Source: an uncultured Cytophagia bacterium
Lineage (GTDB): Bacteria; Zhuqueibacterota; Zhuqueibacteria; Thermofontimicrobiales; Thermofontimicrobiaceae
Direction of reading: 5' to 3'
DNA length: 64,000 nucleotides
Assembly (NCBI GenBank): GCA_964647995.1
Contig: CAZYNP010000004.1
Location: 124,422-188,421 of the forward strand
A program made the position numbers and the translations under genes. Shown in pieces: positions 50,224 through 60,147 of this stretch. Below the pieces are notes generated by a model, which was not told where the DNA came from, ran no database searches, and saw nothing but the letters and a program-made list of their open reading frames with translations. Position 1 is the first letter of the stretch; every line of letters begins with the position of its first letter.

Positions 50224-51060
50224 TGTGCCTCCATGCTTTTCATTTTCAGATCAAAAAACCTAACCATGCTAATTTAACAGTGCCAACTTTTTGCTGATAT
50301 ATATTCAAGCGATTAATTCTACTCCGATAGTTCATCTCATTCCAAACGGCACGGCGTCTGGCCCGGTGCGTTGGATAACAATCGATTCTCTCTGAGAATA
50401 CCGACAGGATCATTTCGAACCCGAAAATCCGCGCTTGCAACAACTTACTCGGGTTCTTTATCCGGCAATAGATCCACTTCATTTAGCTGAGCCAAATGCA
50501 GCCCTAAATCTATCGGATATATTGGTAAAAGTCAATCTTTTTTTGCAAGCGGAGAATATTTTTATCTCATTGCCGTTATCGAACATCTTTTAATTTCGGC
50601 TCTAAAAGGGGGATTGGAATTGGAAAAATTCAGCGCATTGGAGGTAAATAAAGCTTAAGGGAGCCGTGACGAACCACTTTTGCAGTGCTTGCAGTTGCCA
50701 ATTCACCAAATCAAAACGAAACCCAAATTGATATAACTGGCACGGACGGCCTGGCGGCTTGAATTTATGTTCGATATCCAGCGGCTATGTACTCCCGACC
50801 CCCTGGGGTTTTGGTGACTTCGTGGCTAACCAATTGGTGTCCAATTGCAGAAAATAACTCCATGCTTTTGGGAGGTTACAATGGTGGTACTTACAAAACC
50901 AAATTTGGCCAATAATGACCAAACTGCTAATTGAATGCAGAACGCAGCAATTTAAAATTTGAAATTCGCTTCGTCCTCCGTGCCAGATTGACAAGAGAGG
51001 AAGTGAGGGCAGCGAAGCAGCTACAAGATCCTGGACGACCAGGCAATCAAGCCCCTCTTG

Positions 51061-53576
51061 CTACCGCCTGGTTAATATCACCCCTAAATTGATTCGTCGT
51101 CCAACATCGAACGCACTGGGATCACCCAATTCGCCGCCAATTTTTCCATCGGAGGCAATCCATAGCACATTGTATTTGTCAAATAAATTACGCACATCCG
51201 CGTATGTCTGGATCGTTACATCTTTGGCTAAACGCCAGTTCTTGAACATCTTGATATCAACATAGGCAACCGTTCTCATGCGAGCATTGTTCGGCTTCAT
51301 TTCGACACTCAAGTCCGGGACATAGCCGGTGCGAGAAGGATAATAGGTGTACGGTCGCGGGGAATGCCAGCGCCAGATTAAGCTCAGACCCAATTTCTGA
51401 GGAATCCCGACAAAAATGTCCCCGACCAGCGTCTGCCGTTGATCCCAGCTTAAATAGAATTCCTCATTGGGGACAGCAAATCCCCAGACAAAATAGTTCA
51501 GCCCCTGGTCAATGCTGCCGCTGAGGCCTTTGGCATGCATGTGCGTGTAGCACAATTTTCCAGAGACAAAATGACCATATTTTTTTCCAGCAGCAGCTCA
51601 AATCCGTTGGAGTTGCCGCCAGCCAGGTTGACGAATTGGGAGTAACCGTCGTCTTCGGCTTTGCTGTCCGAGGCTAAAAAAGTTTTAGTATCCACCAGGC
51701 CCGAAATGTCTTTATTAAAATAGGTGAACGACACCAACCAGGTATTCCACAAGGTACGTTTGTAGCTGAGCTCTATGGCGCTGGTGCGCTCGGGCTTTAA
51801 GTCGGGATTACCATACTGCGCCTTGATGCCTTTCTTGAGATCGAAATTCAAACCGGTGAACATATAATCGAACATGGGCACCTGAAAAAAGAAGCCATAG
51901 TTAATGAAGAAAAAATCGTTTTTGGTGATGGGAAATGAAAATCCAAAGCGTGGGCTTAATTGCGACTTAATCGAAGCGGGCACCAAGTTTTTGATCTCTT
52001 GTTTATAATCTTCTGCCGTGATAGGAATCCATTCGACGACCGGGCGCCGGGCGCGGGGATTGAGGAATTCATATCGCAACCCCAGGTTCATTACTACAAT
52101 ATCATTATCTATTTTATTTTAAATAAACAATGCACCCTGATAGGGTCGATAATGATAGTAGCTGCTGTAATTGAGCAACTCCCGATCGAGCAATGGCTTG
52201 ACCCAGAACGACTTCTGTGGCTCATACTTGACTAAATCATTCTCTAAATCAAAATATTGAAATTCGAATCCCATCTTCAATTGCGAAACGGGATGATACT
52301 GGGCGGTAAAATCACCTTTTGCCAGATAGCTAATCTCCCTCGCATCCTGCCACCACAGACGATTGCCAGCGAAAACGAAATAGTACCACGGCAATTCATA
52401 CTGAAACGGCTGCATCGCCTCCACATCGTTTTTATCACCCTGCCCCAGGTAATGCTCAATTTGATAGCGACTGAAATAGAGAGAATAAAAAGTGCGGGGC
52501 GACAGCGTATGCACCAACGTACCGCTCAATTGCAGCGAACGCCTGGATTGCGGCGGCAGTCCGGTCAAATTGTAGCGCCAGCGATATTCATAAGGCTTAA
52601 TGTCCCAATCGGAAAAAATCGCCTGAGTAATGAACCTAATATTGTGAGTGAGATCGAAATTAATTTTTCCCATGAGATTGATGTTTTTTTACATGGGCGA
52701 ATCAAAGTACTGTCGCAGATCCTGCCACCAGCGGGTGTCAGAAACCAGCAGATGGGAAGCGAAGAAATAGCGGATTTGGTCACGATAGATCGGACCGGAT
52801 AGCATTAATTCGGCTTCACTTTTTTTATCGCTTTCTTCAATGCCAATGTGATCGTCCAGCAATCGGGCCAGGACCTCATGCTTGTTTCCGCCCGATTTGG
52901 TCACGATATTGATGATGCCGGACATGGCGTTGCCATATTCCGCATTGAATCCACCGGTTTGGACCGTCATTTCGGCCAGCGAGGCGTGTGGGATTTCAGA
53001 ACCAGCGCCGCCTTCCATGGATTGCTGGATTGGCAAGCCGTCAACAAGATAGAGGACTTCGGTAGCTCTTCCGCCCCGGATGTGCAGATCCGATGTCACG
53101 CCTGGCTGCAACGCAATCACTTCTCTATAGGAATTTACCGGCAGGTCATTGATTTTGGAACTGCCGATTGAGTGCGTTGTGCCGGTGATGTCCTTGGGAA
53201 TCAGTGGTCGCTCGGCTGTGACGACAATTTCCTTGTCTATATCCACCGCGGTCTCGATCATTTCCATTTTGACTTCGGTTTTCAGATCCATGATGATGCG
53301 GACATTTTCGATGACATAGGGCTGATATCCAATCATCGGCGCAGTCACCCGATAAACTCCCGCAGCCACATGATAAACCACAAATTTGCCATCTTGATCT
53401 GTGGCTGCCCCAAATTTGGTACCAACGATGATAACGTTGACCCTCACCAGCGGTTTGCGGCTTTTCTGGTCCACCACTTCGCCCTTCAGCGTACCGGTGG
53501 TGCTTGAATGAAGAGCCGCCGAAATTGAAAAGCATACGGCGATGCCAGTTAAGATGATTAGTGGTTTCATGTTCAT
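51061..53576 (-). pseudogene. TonB-dependent receptor interrupted by two frameshifts and one in-frame stop
   Basis: Four consecutive minus-strand ORFs cover an N-terminal carboxypeptidase-regulatory-like domain plus plug (52689-53576), then barrel segments (52119-52673, 51498-52091, 51061-51555). Frame changes fall in T7 homopolymers at 52684-52690 and ~51577-51583. There is an in-frame TAA at 52117-52119, read as ...GALFI*NKIDNDIVVMNLGLRYEF. Confidence 0.6.
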
Positions 53577-53634
53577 ATTCCAGGACCTATTGCACCATCA
53601 ATAAATTCCTCTACGGACTATGAATCGCCAGCTC

Positions 53635-54429
53635 TCAAAAGGGACAGGGCGGATCGCCTTGCATTGTAGCTCCTTCACGACACCAGAATTTTCGCCGAAA
53701 GCCATCAGCGGGCATAAAATAGTGAATTCTGAATTCCAGGGTATCGGACATTACCCGGTGATAATTTTTAAAGAGCTGAACTTCAGCTTGTGCCAGGATG
53801 GTTTTGGGCGGCGAGAACGCGATTACAGTATCCACCGGAGCCAGCATCGTGGTATCGCAATGCCGCCAGCGGATTAATTCTGGTGGTTTCGTTCCAGCTA
53901 TCAAGGAATCAAATTCAATGCAGTCGATCCAGATCGGGGTATAGCTATCGGTTTGATGGATGCTGTTCCCGCTCATGTCTCGCTGCTCCCAGGTCAAACG
54001 GTTCCCGGCATACAGCAACAACGAATCGTGAGGAGGGATCGTCATATTTCGGTTCGATACTGTATCCGCGTAAATCAGTTGCGCATGCCAGGTATCGGCA
54101 GGATGCGCCGACCAGATATTTACCTTCAAAACCAACCACTTTTGGCCATCCATGGCTTCATCAAAATCGTTGTACGCGGTAATTGTGAATGGCACTCGCC
54201 ATTTAGCAAGCTCCTCGAACTGTTGCTGAGTCATGTTGTTCGGAGGAATTTTGTAGCGATTTTCCCAATTATTTTCCTGGGCAAAATCGTATCGGTTATC
54301 TTTGATCGCCAGCCTGATTTTCAGGATTTCTGTTCTACCCGGTCCTTCAGGAATTTTTTCGGTGCACCAATAAATCAGACACCAGCTTAATAGGATCAGC
54401 AGCAGAAGCTGTCTTTTTTGATGGTTCAT
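53635..54429 (-). CDS. hypothetical secreted/lipoprotein
   Basis: 264 aa with an N-terminal hydrophobic signal containing Cys. No recognised domains. Confidence 0.5.
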   Translation of the reverse strand: MNHQKRQLLLLILLSWCLIYWCTEKIPEGPGRTEILKIRLAIKDNRYDFAQENNWENRYKIPPNNMTQQQFEELAKWRVPFTITAYNDFDEAMDGQKWLVLKVNIWSAHPADTWHAQLIYADTVSNRNMTIPPHDSLLLYAGNRLTWEQRDMSGNSIHQTDSYTPIWIDCIEFDSLIAGTKPPELIRWRHCDTTMLAPVDTVIAFSPPKTILAQAEVQLFKNYHRVMSDTLEFRIHYFMPADGFRRKFWCREGATMQGDPPCPF

Positions 54430-54521
54430 TTTTCAACCACCCCTTTTTTATAAATATCTAAAATCAACCTTCCAAATTAATTTTTTGGATTTTATTATTT
54501 GACAGTTGAGATTTTTACCGC

Positions 54522-55019
54522 TTACCTCAAAATCACAAATTTCCCGGTCGCCGCTGCGCCATTTTTAGTCTCCACTACGAACAGATACAACCCATAGCTT
54601 ACTTTCAAATTGCTGTGATTCAGCAAATCCCAGAACTCATAATCGGTATTGGGATCATCATGCACCAGCGTCCGCACCTGGTCGCCGCTCAAGGTGTAAA
54701 TATGAATTTGGCACTGTGTCGGCAAATGGATGAATTGGATTTTCGATTCATTGCGATCCAACTCCCAGCCAGCCGCAACAATGTAGGGATTGGGCACAAC
54801 TTTGACTTCCTTCAAATCCAAACCGCGGATTGGCTGTGGCTGCATTGCAGTGGTTTTGATGCGAAATTGATCGCCGGTCAGAAATGGCCGTTTCAAAGCA
54901 ATATGGGCCACATCGCCGGGCTGCGGAGGAAATTGTCGGCGTGGCATCGGAAAATTCGGTGATGATGATCGGCCGCATAGGTTGATAATTGCTTCAAAAT
55001 TATCCCGAAGGGAAATCAT
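54522..55019 (-). CDS. T9SS C-terminal sorting-domain-containing protein (short; possibly a gene remnant)
   Basis: The C-terminal ~80 aa (IHIYTLSGDQVRTLV...YEFWDLLNHSNLKVSYGLYLFVVETKNGAAATGKFVILR) match the Por-secretion-tail pattern. There is no signal peptide, and an in-frame stop lies 9 codons upstream of the Met. Confidence 0.55.
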   Translation of the reverse strand: MISLRDNFEAIINLCGRSSSPNFPMPRRQFPPQPGDVAHIALKRPFLTGDQFRIKTTAMQPQPIRGLDLKEVKVVPNPYIVAAGWELDRNESKIQFIHLPTQCQIHIYTLSGDQVRTLVHDDPNTDYEFWDLLNHSNLKVSYGLYLFVVETKNGAAATGKFVILR

Positions 55020-55283
55020 GCTGCTGGCTCGAGTTGGTTTCGAGTCATCTGTAGAATCACCGACTAACGCATAGTTACGATTCTAACAGGAAACACATTA
55101 GCAAGCCTTGCCCCCAAAGCAAACGAAAATACAAGAAAAGCGTTTTCCAAATTTATGCTTTGTGTCGTTCCGTGTATTTCAAGGGCAAGAGCATAAGAAT
55201 TTTTGGTGCCATAATCCATTTCAGAAATTTGGGCTATAATTTATCCCCCAAAGTTTTTTCGCTGATGATCTACTTTGCCCCCG

Positions 55284-56384
55284 TCAATCCCGGGCATAAC
55301 ACGAAAAACCAGCCTCGCGAATCAGTTGCACCGCCTGTTGCCGTTCGGTTTCATTTTCAAACGCCAAGCGAATTGTGCCCCCTTCGCCCTCGCGCACCTT
55401 TAGCACTTCGATATCTTTGATATTGATGTTATTCTTAGCCAGCACGGCAGAAAACTTAGCAATAACGCCAGGCTCATCTTCCACGGCGATGGAAACATCA
55501 TATAGTGGCCGAATGAAACCCTTGCTATCCTTGGGGATGGCCAGGCGGGTTATCGCCGCCTGATTGAAATAAGCCTCCAGGGTCTCTTCCTGCAAGTATT
55601 TTTTGATGCGCTGGAGTTCAGCGATATATTCATCGATAAAATTAGCAATTTGGTCCTTGTTGGTCCGACAGATATCTTTCCAGATCGAAAAGGGACTGGA
55701 AGCAATGCGGGTCATGTCCCGAAAGCCGCCAGCGGCCAATTTCAGAAAATTGGCATCCTCCTGATGAAACCGAGCGATCAAATTGACCAAGGACACGGCG
55801 GCAAACTGCGGCAGATGGCTCACAGCGGCGATGATGCGATCGTGCATTTTGGGGGTCAGCATCAGGATCTTGGCGCCCATTCCCTCCAGCAACGCCCCCA
55901 GTCTGCGGATCATTTTATCCGGCACACGATGCCCCGGCGTCATCACCCAAATGGCATTTTCAAATAAAAAAGGATCGGCCGATTCGATGCCTCTGGTCTC
56001 GGCACCGGTCATCGGATGCGTGCCCAGAAAATATTTTTTATTCACAAAATGGTTGTTGGCCTCATTGACAATGAATTCTTTGCTGCTGCCCACATCACAC
56101 ACCAGAACATTTTCCGGTGCCGATTTCGCGACCACGGGTAGCAGATCGATGATCTGTTGCACGGGGGTGCAGAGAAAAATAATTTCGGCATCCTTCACCG
56201 CCTTTTCGATCTCGGAACGATTAAAACCTTCAACGATTGCACCACGTTCCAATGCGCGATGGACAATGGAAAACTCATCCACGCCAACGACGGTATCACA
56301 CAGTTTGCGACGCTTCAAAGCCAGGCCAATAGACCCGCCAATCAAGCCCATACCAATAATAACAATGCGACAATATTTTTCCAT
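55284..56384 (-). CDS. tyrA: prephenate dehydrogenase with C-terminal ACT domain
   Basis: RIVIIGMGLIGGSIGLAL Rossmann motif, a PDH core and a C-terminal ACT-like region. The start was set to Met 56384 (MEKYCRIVIIG), which has RBS AAGGAGA. Confidence 0.85.
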   Translation of the reverse strand: MEKYCRIVIIGMGLIGGSIGLALKRRKLCDTVVGVDEFSIVHRALERGAIVEGFNRSEIEKAVKDAEIIFLCTPVQQIIDLLPVVAKSAPENVLVCDVGSSKEFIVNEANNHFVNKKYFLGTHPMTGAETRGIESADPFLFENAIWVMTPGHRVPDKMIRRLGALLEGMGAKILMLTPKMHDRIIAAVSHLPQFAAVSLVNLIARFHQEDANFLKLAAGGFRDMTRIASSPFSIWKDICRTNKDQIANFIDEYIAELQRIKKYLQEETLEAYFNQAAITRLAIPKDSKGFIRPLYDVSIAVEDEPGVIAKFSAVLAKNNINIKDIEVLKVREGEGGTIRLAFENETERQQAVQLIREAGFSCYARD

Positions 56385-56981
56385 GGCTGTCTCCTTAACA
56401 AGTGACTTTTGAATCCACTCTAACAACTGTTAATTCCATCGTCCTCCGCCAGCGATGAACACCAACCGAAAAATCATTCGAACGCCGATAGCGCCGTGGG
56501 ACGCAAAGCCGGCAAAATTGTTTAGACTTCAATTGCTGGCTCTCCCTGGAAAATGCCACTATCGCGCTTGCTTTGCTCTCAGGAGGACCGAGATTTCATC
56601 GGAATCGATCGAACATGAACCAATTTGCTTGGGTTGACACCAATGACCAGCCAATTGACAGCTTCACTAATTTGAACTTCAACCAATCTATTGCTCAAAT
56701 TGGCGATCAAGGTCTGGTCACTTCAGGCCGAACCTTCCATTTTTTATTCGGATGCCTGTTCCGACTATTCATTGGGATAAACTGGAATCGCCAAAAAATT
56801 AACCGTCGGCATTATCAGGAAACCAGCCGCCTGACTCTGCCGAGCCATAAATGATCAATTCCGAGTCAGCGAGCGGCTGAAAACCAGGGCGCCAGGCCAG
56901 TTACCAACCGCCAATCCCGGATAGCGCTCTGGCCGCAGCTTTCGTCCGGCCGATGGTCATTTTTTTCGTTGCCTGGAACCA

Positions 56982-57995
56982 TCAAACCGTCCGCCCAATC
57001 GCCCAGGCGATGACCTTTAATTCTTCCATTAACCGCTGAAATTGATCGGGAAAGAGCGATTGTGGGCCATCGGACATGGCTTTGTCGGGATCATGATGGA
57101 CTTCGATGATCAAGCCATCGGCGCCGGCGGCAATGGCGGCTCGGGCCATAGGCGCTACAAATTCCCGCTTGCCGGTACCATGACTGGGGTCGGCAATAAT
57201 CGGCAAATGGCTCAGCTTTTTGACAATGGGGATGGCAGAAATATCCAGCGTGTTACGGGTATAGGGCTCGAAGGTACGGATGCCGCGTTCGCAGAGGACC
57301 ACCTTGTAATTGCCGCCAGACATGATGTATTCTGCGGCCATCAGAAATTCCTCGATGGTCGCCGACATTCCCCGCTTCAGGAGTACCGGTTTATCGGTAT
57401 GACTAAGTGCTCGCAGCAAAGGGAAATTCTGCATATTGCGGGCGCCGACCTGGAACATGTCGATGTAGGGATAGATGGCGTCGATCTGGCTCGGCTCCAG
57501 GATTTCGGTTACGATCGGCAGTTTGAATTCATCGGCGGCCTGGCGCATCAATTTCAAGCCGTCCATGCCCATGCCCTGAAAGGCATACGGTGACGTCCGG
57601 GGCTTGAACACTCCGCCGCGCAGAATGGTGGCACCGGCCTGAGCCACCGCCTGGCTGATCCTATAAATCTGGTCTTCGCTTTCGATGGCGCAGGGACCGG
57701 CCATGACGATGATCCGATCACCACCCAGTTGCAACCCGTTGAAACTGATGACCGAATTTTCCGGATGAAACGTGCGACTGCACAGTTTGTAAGGTTCCAT
57801 GATGCGCACAACATTGAGCACGCCATCCATATTTTCAAAATCTCGAATATCCACTACTGTGGTGTCGCCGATCGCACCGAGAATGGTGCGGATTGCACCA
57901 TCGACACGATGAACTCGCAATTTAGCGGCGGTGAGCCGCTCTTGCACCGCTTCGATCTGTTCGGCAGTGGCTTTTTCTTTCATGACGATGACCAT
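56982..57995 (-). CDS. aroF: 3-deoxy-7-phosphoheptulonate (DAHP) synthase, type I-beta with an N-terminal regulatory domain
   Basis: Core motifs GPCAIESEDQ, KPRTSPYAFQG and ADPSHGTG (KDO8P/DAHP synthase family). The start was set to Met 57995 (MVIVMKEK) to avoid overlap with the chorismate mutase gene. Confidence 0.85.
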   Translation of the reverse strand: MVIVMKEKATAEQIEAVQERLTAAKLRVHRVDGAIRTILGAIGDTTVVDIRDFENMDGVLNVVRIMEPYKLCSRTFHPENSVISFNGLQLGGDRIIVMAGPCAIESEDQIYRISQAVAQAGATILRGGVFKPRTSPYAFQGMGMDGLKLMRQAADEFKLPIVTEILEPSQIDAIYPYIDMFQVGARNMQNFPLLRALSHTDKPVLLKRGMSATIEEFLMAAEYIMSGGNYKVVLCERGIRTFEPYTRNTLDISAIPIVKKLSHLPIIADPSHGTGKREFVAPMARAAIAAGADGLIIEVHHDPDKAMSDGPQSLFPDQFQRLMEELKVIAWAIGRTV

Positions 57996-57999
57996 GGCT

Positions 58000-58266
58000 T
58001 TATCCTTTCTGAATTTGCTGAAGGTTTCGACAGGATTGGATAATGAGGCGGAAAATGTCTTGCAGTTGTTTATCCGATAACGGGCCGGGGTTGGCGCTGG
58101 CAACTTGTCCCAGCACCGCTTGCTCGCGCTGCGGATCGTAAACGGGTCGATTCAACTCCTGCTTTTGTCGAAGTATCTCCAGGCTAAGTTGTGCCCGCTG
58201 GCTCAACAATTGCACCAGTTTCGTGTCGATCGCATCAACCTGTTGTCGTAATTGCTCCAATGACAT
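58000..58266 (-). CDS. chorismate mutase (AroQ class)
   Basis: 89 aa from Met 58266 (MSLEQLRQQVDAIDTKLVQLLSQRAQLSLEI...), which has RBS GAGGTGGAG. An all-helical AroQ-like sequence. Confidence 0.7.
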   Translation of the reverse strand: MSLEQLRQQVDAIDTKLVQLLSQRAQLSLEILRQKQELNRPVYDPQREQAVLGQVASANPGPLSDKQLQDIFRLIIQSCRNLQQIQKG

Positions 58267-58769
58267 GCTCCACCTCGCTAAAAATAAAAAACCCACTGTT
58301 TCATCAGAAAGAGTGGGTCGGAAGCTACAAAGGAAATATTAATATATTTTCATCCGCCCACTGCTTCTAAAATAATAAAAATAAAAATAGTGCATGCTAA
58401 TATTAATAGAATAGTCGTTTGTTTTGAACGTAGTTTTCATTTTCGTCTTCCAATAAAAAAGCATGGGCTTAATATATAAATATTTTTCTTTATGTCAAGC
58501 GAATTTTTCAGAATGATAAAAAATCTATTGACCCCAAATGAGACACATGTCCTGTTTGCATAGCAATAGTGACGAACCGGACATTTTGCAGAAAAAATTA
58601 TTTGTTTTCTTTCTCCCGACAACTGCTGGCCGGTGTCGGAGCACTGGCGACAGCCGTTTGCGCCGGCAAACAACTGCGTTCAGGATCGCCGCAGCAATCG
58701 GTTCAAATGCTCCACGAGGGATTGGCTCGTAATTTGCTTCCTCTTTTCTAATTCTGCATTTGCTTTGAC

Positions 58770-60134
58770 TTGTCAATATTATCGAGGTACAACATAATTC
58801 AACCATCACTTCATTATTTCGAGCGCAACATGATCAGGCAAAACTGGTTTGGAATCCTCATCTTGCTTTCACTAAGCTGGCAGGGTTGTACGACCTTGAA
58901 TTATCAGCAAAGTCCGGCCCAATTGGAGCGCGACATCGCTGGTTTTCAAGCACGGCTGCGCAACAATCCCCATGATGTGGAAGCGCTGCGCGAGCTTGGC
59001 GTTAGCTACTATGAACTACAGCAATTTGGGCCAGCGCGAAACTACTTATTGCAAGCCTTCAAGCGAAATCCCCAGGACGGCAAGACCATGACCTATCTAG
59101 GGATGACGCTGGAGGCCGAAAACAAGGACCGGGTTGCGCTGCTGGTTTATAAGCGTTTCACCAAAGTATCCCAGCTTTCGCCCTATCGTCAGACCATGGC
59201 CATGCGTTACCGCCTATTACATCGCCACATGATGCAGGCCGAAATGCGCCAACTGCTAAGCCAGGAAGAGAATTTGAATTCCGCCAATGTGCCCGCTAAT
59301 TCCATCGCGGTTTTCCCACTGACCTACCAGGGTAAAGACCAGAAATTTTCGGCCCTGGGTTTGGGCTTGAGCGAAATGATGATCACCGATTTGAGCCAGG
59401 TGCCGGGTCTCGTGCTGGTGGAACGCGTGCGGCTGCAGGCATTGCTGGAGGAGATGGCGGTGGGGCAATCGGGACTGGTGGATGAAGCCACCGCCCCGCG
59501 GTTTGGCAAATTGCTGAGCGCCGCCAAAATCATTCACGGCAATTTCGACGTGCTCGAATCAGAAAATTTGCATCTGGACATCGCGTTCTGGGATGTGCGA
59601 ACCAACGCAACGCCGGAGTTTAGCATTCAGCAGGACGCCCTGGACAATGTGTTCAAATTGGAGAAAGACATTGTGTTCCGCGTGATCGATGGCATGGGCA
59701 TTGAATTGACGCCGGAGGTGCGGGAGAAGATTCAGCGCATTCCTACCAAAAACATTCAGGCCTTTCTGGCCTATTGTATGGGCCTGGAAAAGGAAGATGG
59801 CGAGCAGTTCGATGCCGCCCTGGAATATTATCGATTGGCAGTGAAATTGGATCCGCAATTTCGAGAGGCCAGTGCCAAAATAGATGAAAGCCGCGCCATG
59901 TTGCAGGCCGAAAGGCCGGACCGACCTGGCCTGAAAGCTGAACATTCGAGGAAAAACGAACTATCACCACACCAGCGATTGGTTCAGCAGCGACTGGGGC
60001 ATTTGAACAATAGCCTGGGTTCCTATTTCATTCCAGGCCGGGAAAGCCGGGAACCCGCCCAGGAAATGCAAAATTCCGGTGCAGAAGTGTTTGAAAACCT
60101 GCCGTTGCCTCCCAGACCACCCATTCGACGATAA
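58770..60134 (+). CDS. TPR-containing CsgG/LpoB-like lipoprotein
   Basis: 454 aa with signal plus Cys (SWQGCTT), TPR units, then SIAVFPLTYQGKDQKFSALGLGLSEMMITDLSQVPGLVLVERVRLQALLEEM, resembling the CsgG-family N-domain. Confidence 0.6.
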   Translation: MSILSRYNIIQPSLHYFERNMIRQNWFGILILLSLSWQGCTTLNYQQSPAQLERDIAGFQARLRNNPHDVEALRELGVSYYELQQFGPARNYLLQAFKRNPQDGKTMTYLGMTLEAENKDRVALLVYKRFTKVSQLSPYRQTMAMRYRLLHRHMMQAEMRQLLSQEENLNSANVPANSIAVFPLTYQGKDQKFSALGLGLSEMMITDLSQVPGLVLVERVRLQALLEEMAVGQSGLVDEATAPRFGKLLSAAKIIHGNFDVLESENLHLDIAFWDVRTNATPEFSIQQDALDNVFKLEKDIVFRVIDGMGIELTPEVREKIQRIPTKNIQAFLAYCMGLEKEDGEQFDAALEYYRLAVKLDPQFREASAKIDESRAMLQAERPDRPGLKAEHSRKNELSPHQRLVQQRLGHLNNSLGSYFIPGRESREPAQEMQNSGAEVFENLPLPPRPPIRR

Positions 60135-60147
60135 TTGAGGTAGCTTT

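Noticed and set aside
50300-50420. Possible glycine riboswitch upstream of the TDH-like gene
   Set aside because: The palindromic attctcagagagaat resembles CUCUGGAGAG only superficially. The conserved ACCGAAGGGGCAA and GGACAG elements are absent.
51577-52690. Treating the TonB-receptor disruptions purely as sequencing errors
   Set aside because: Two events are homopolymer frameshifts, which are error-prone, but the third is a clean in-frame TAA. The call is therefore pseudogene with moderate confidence rather than intact gene.
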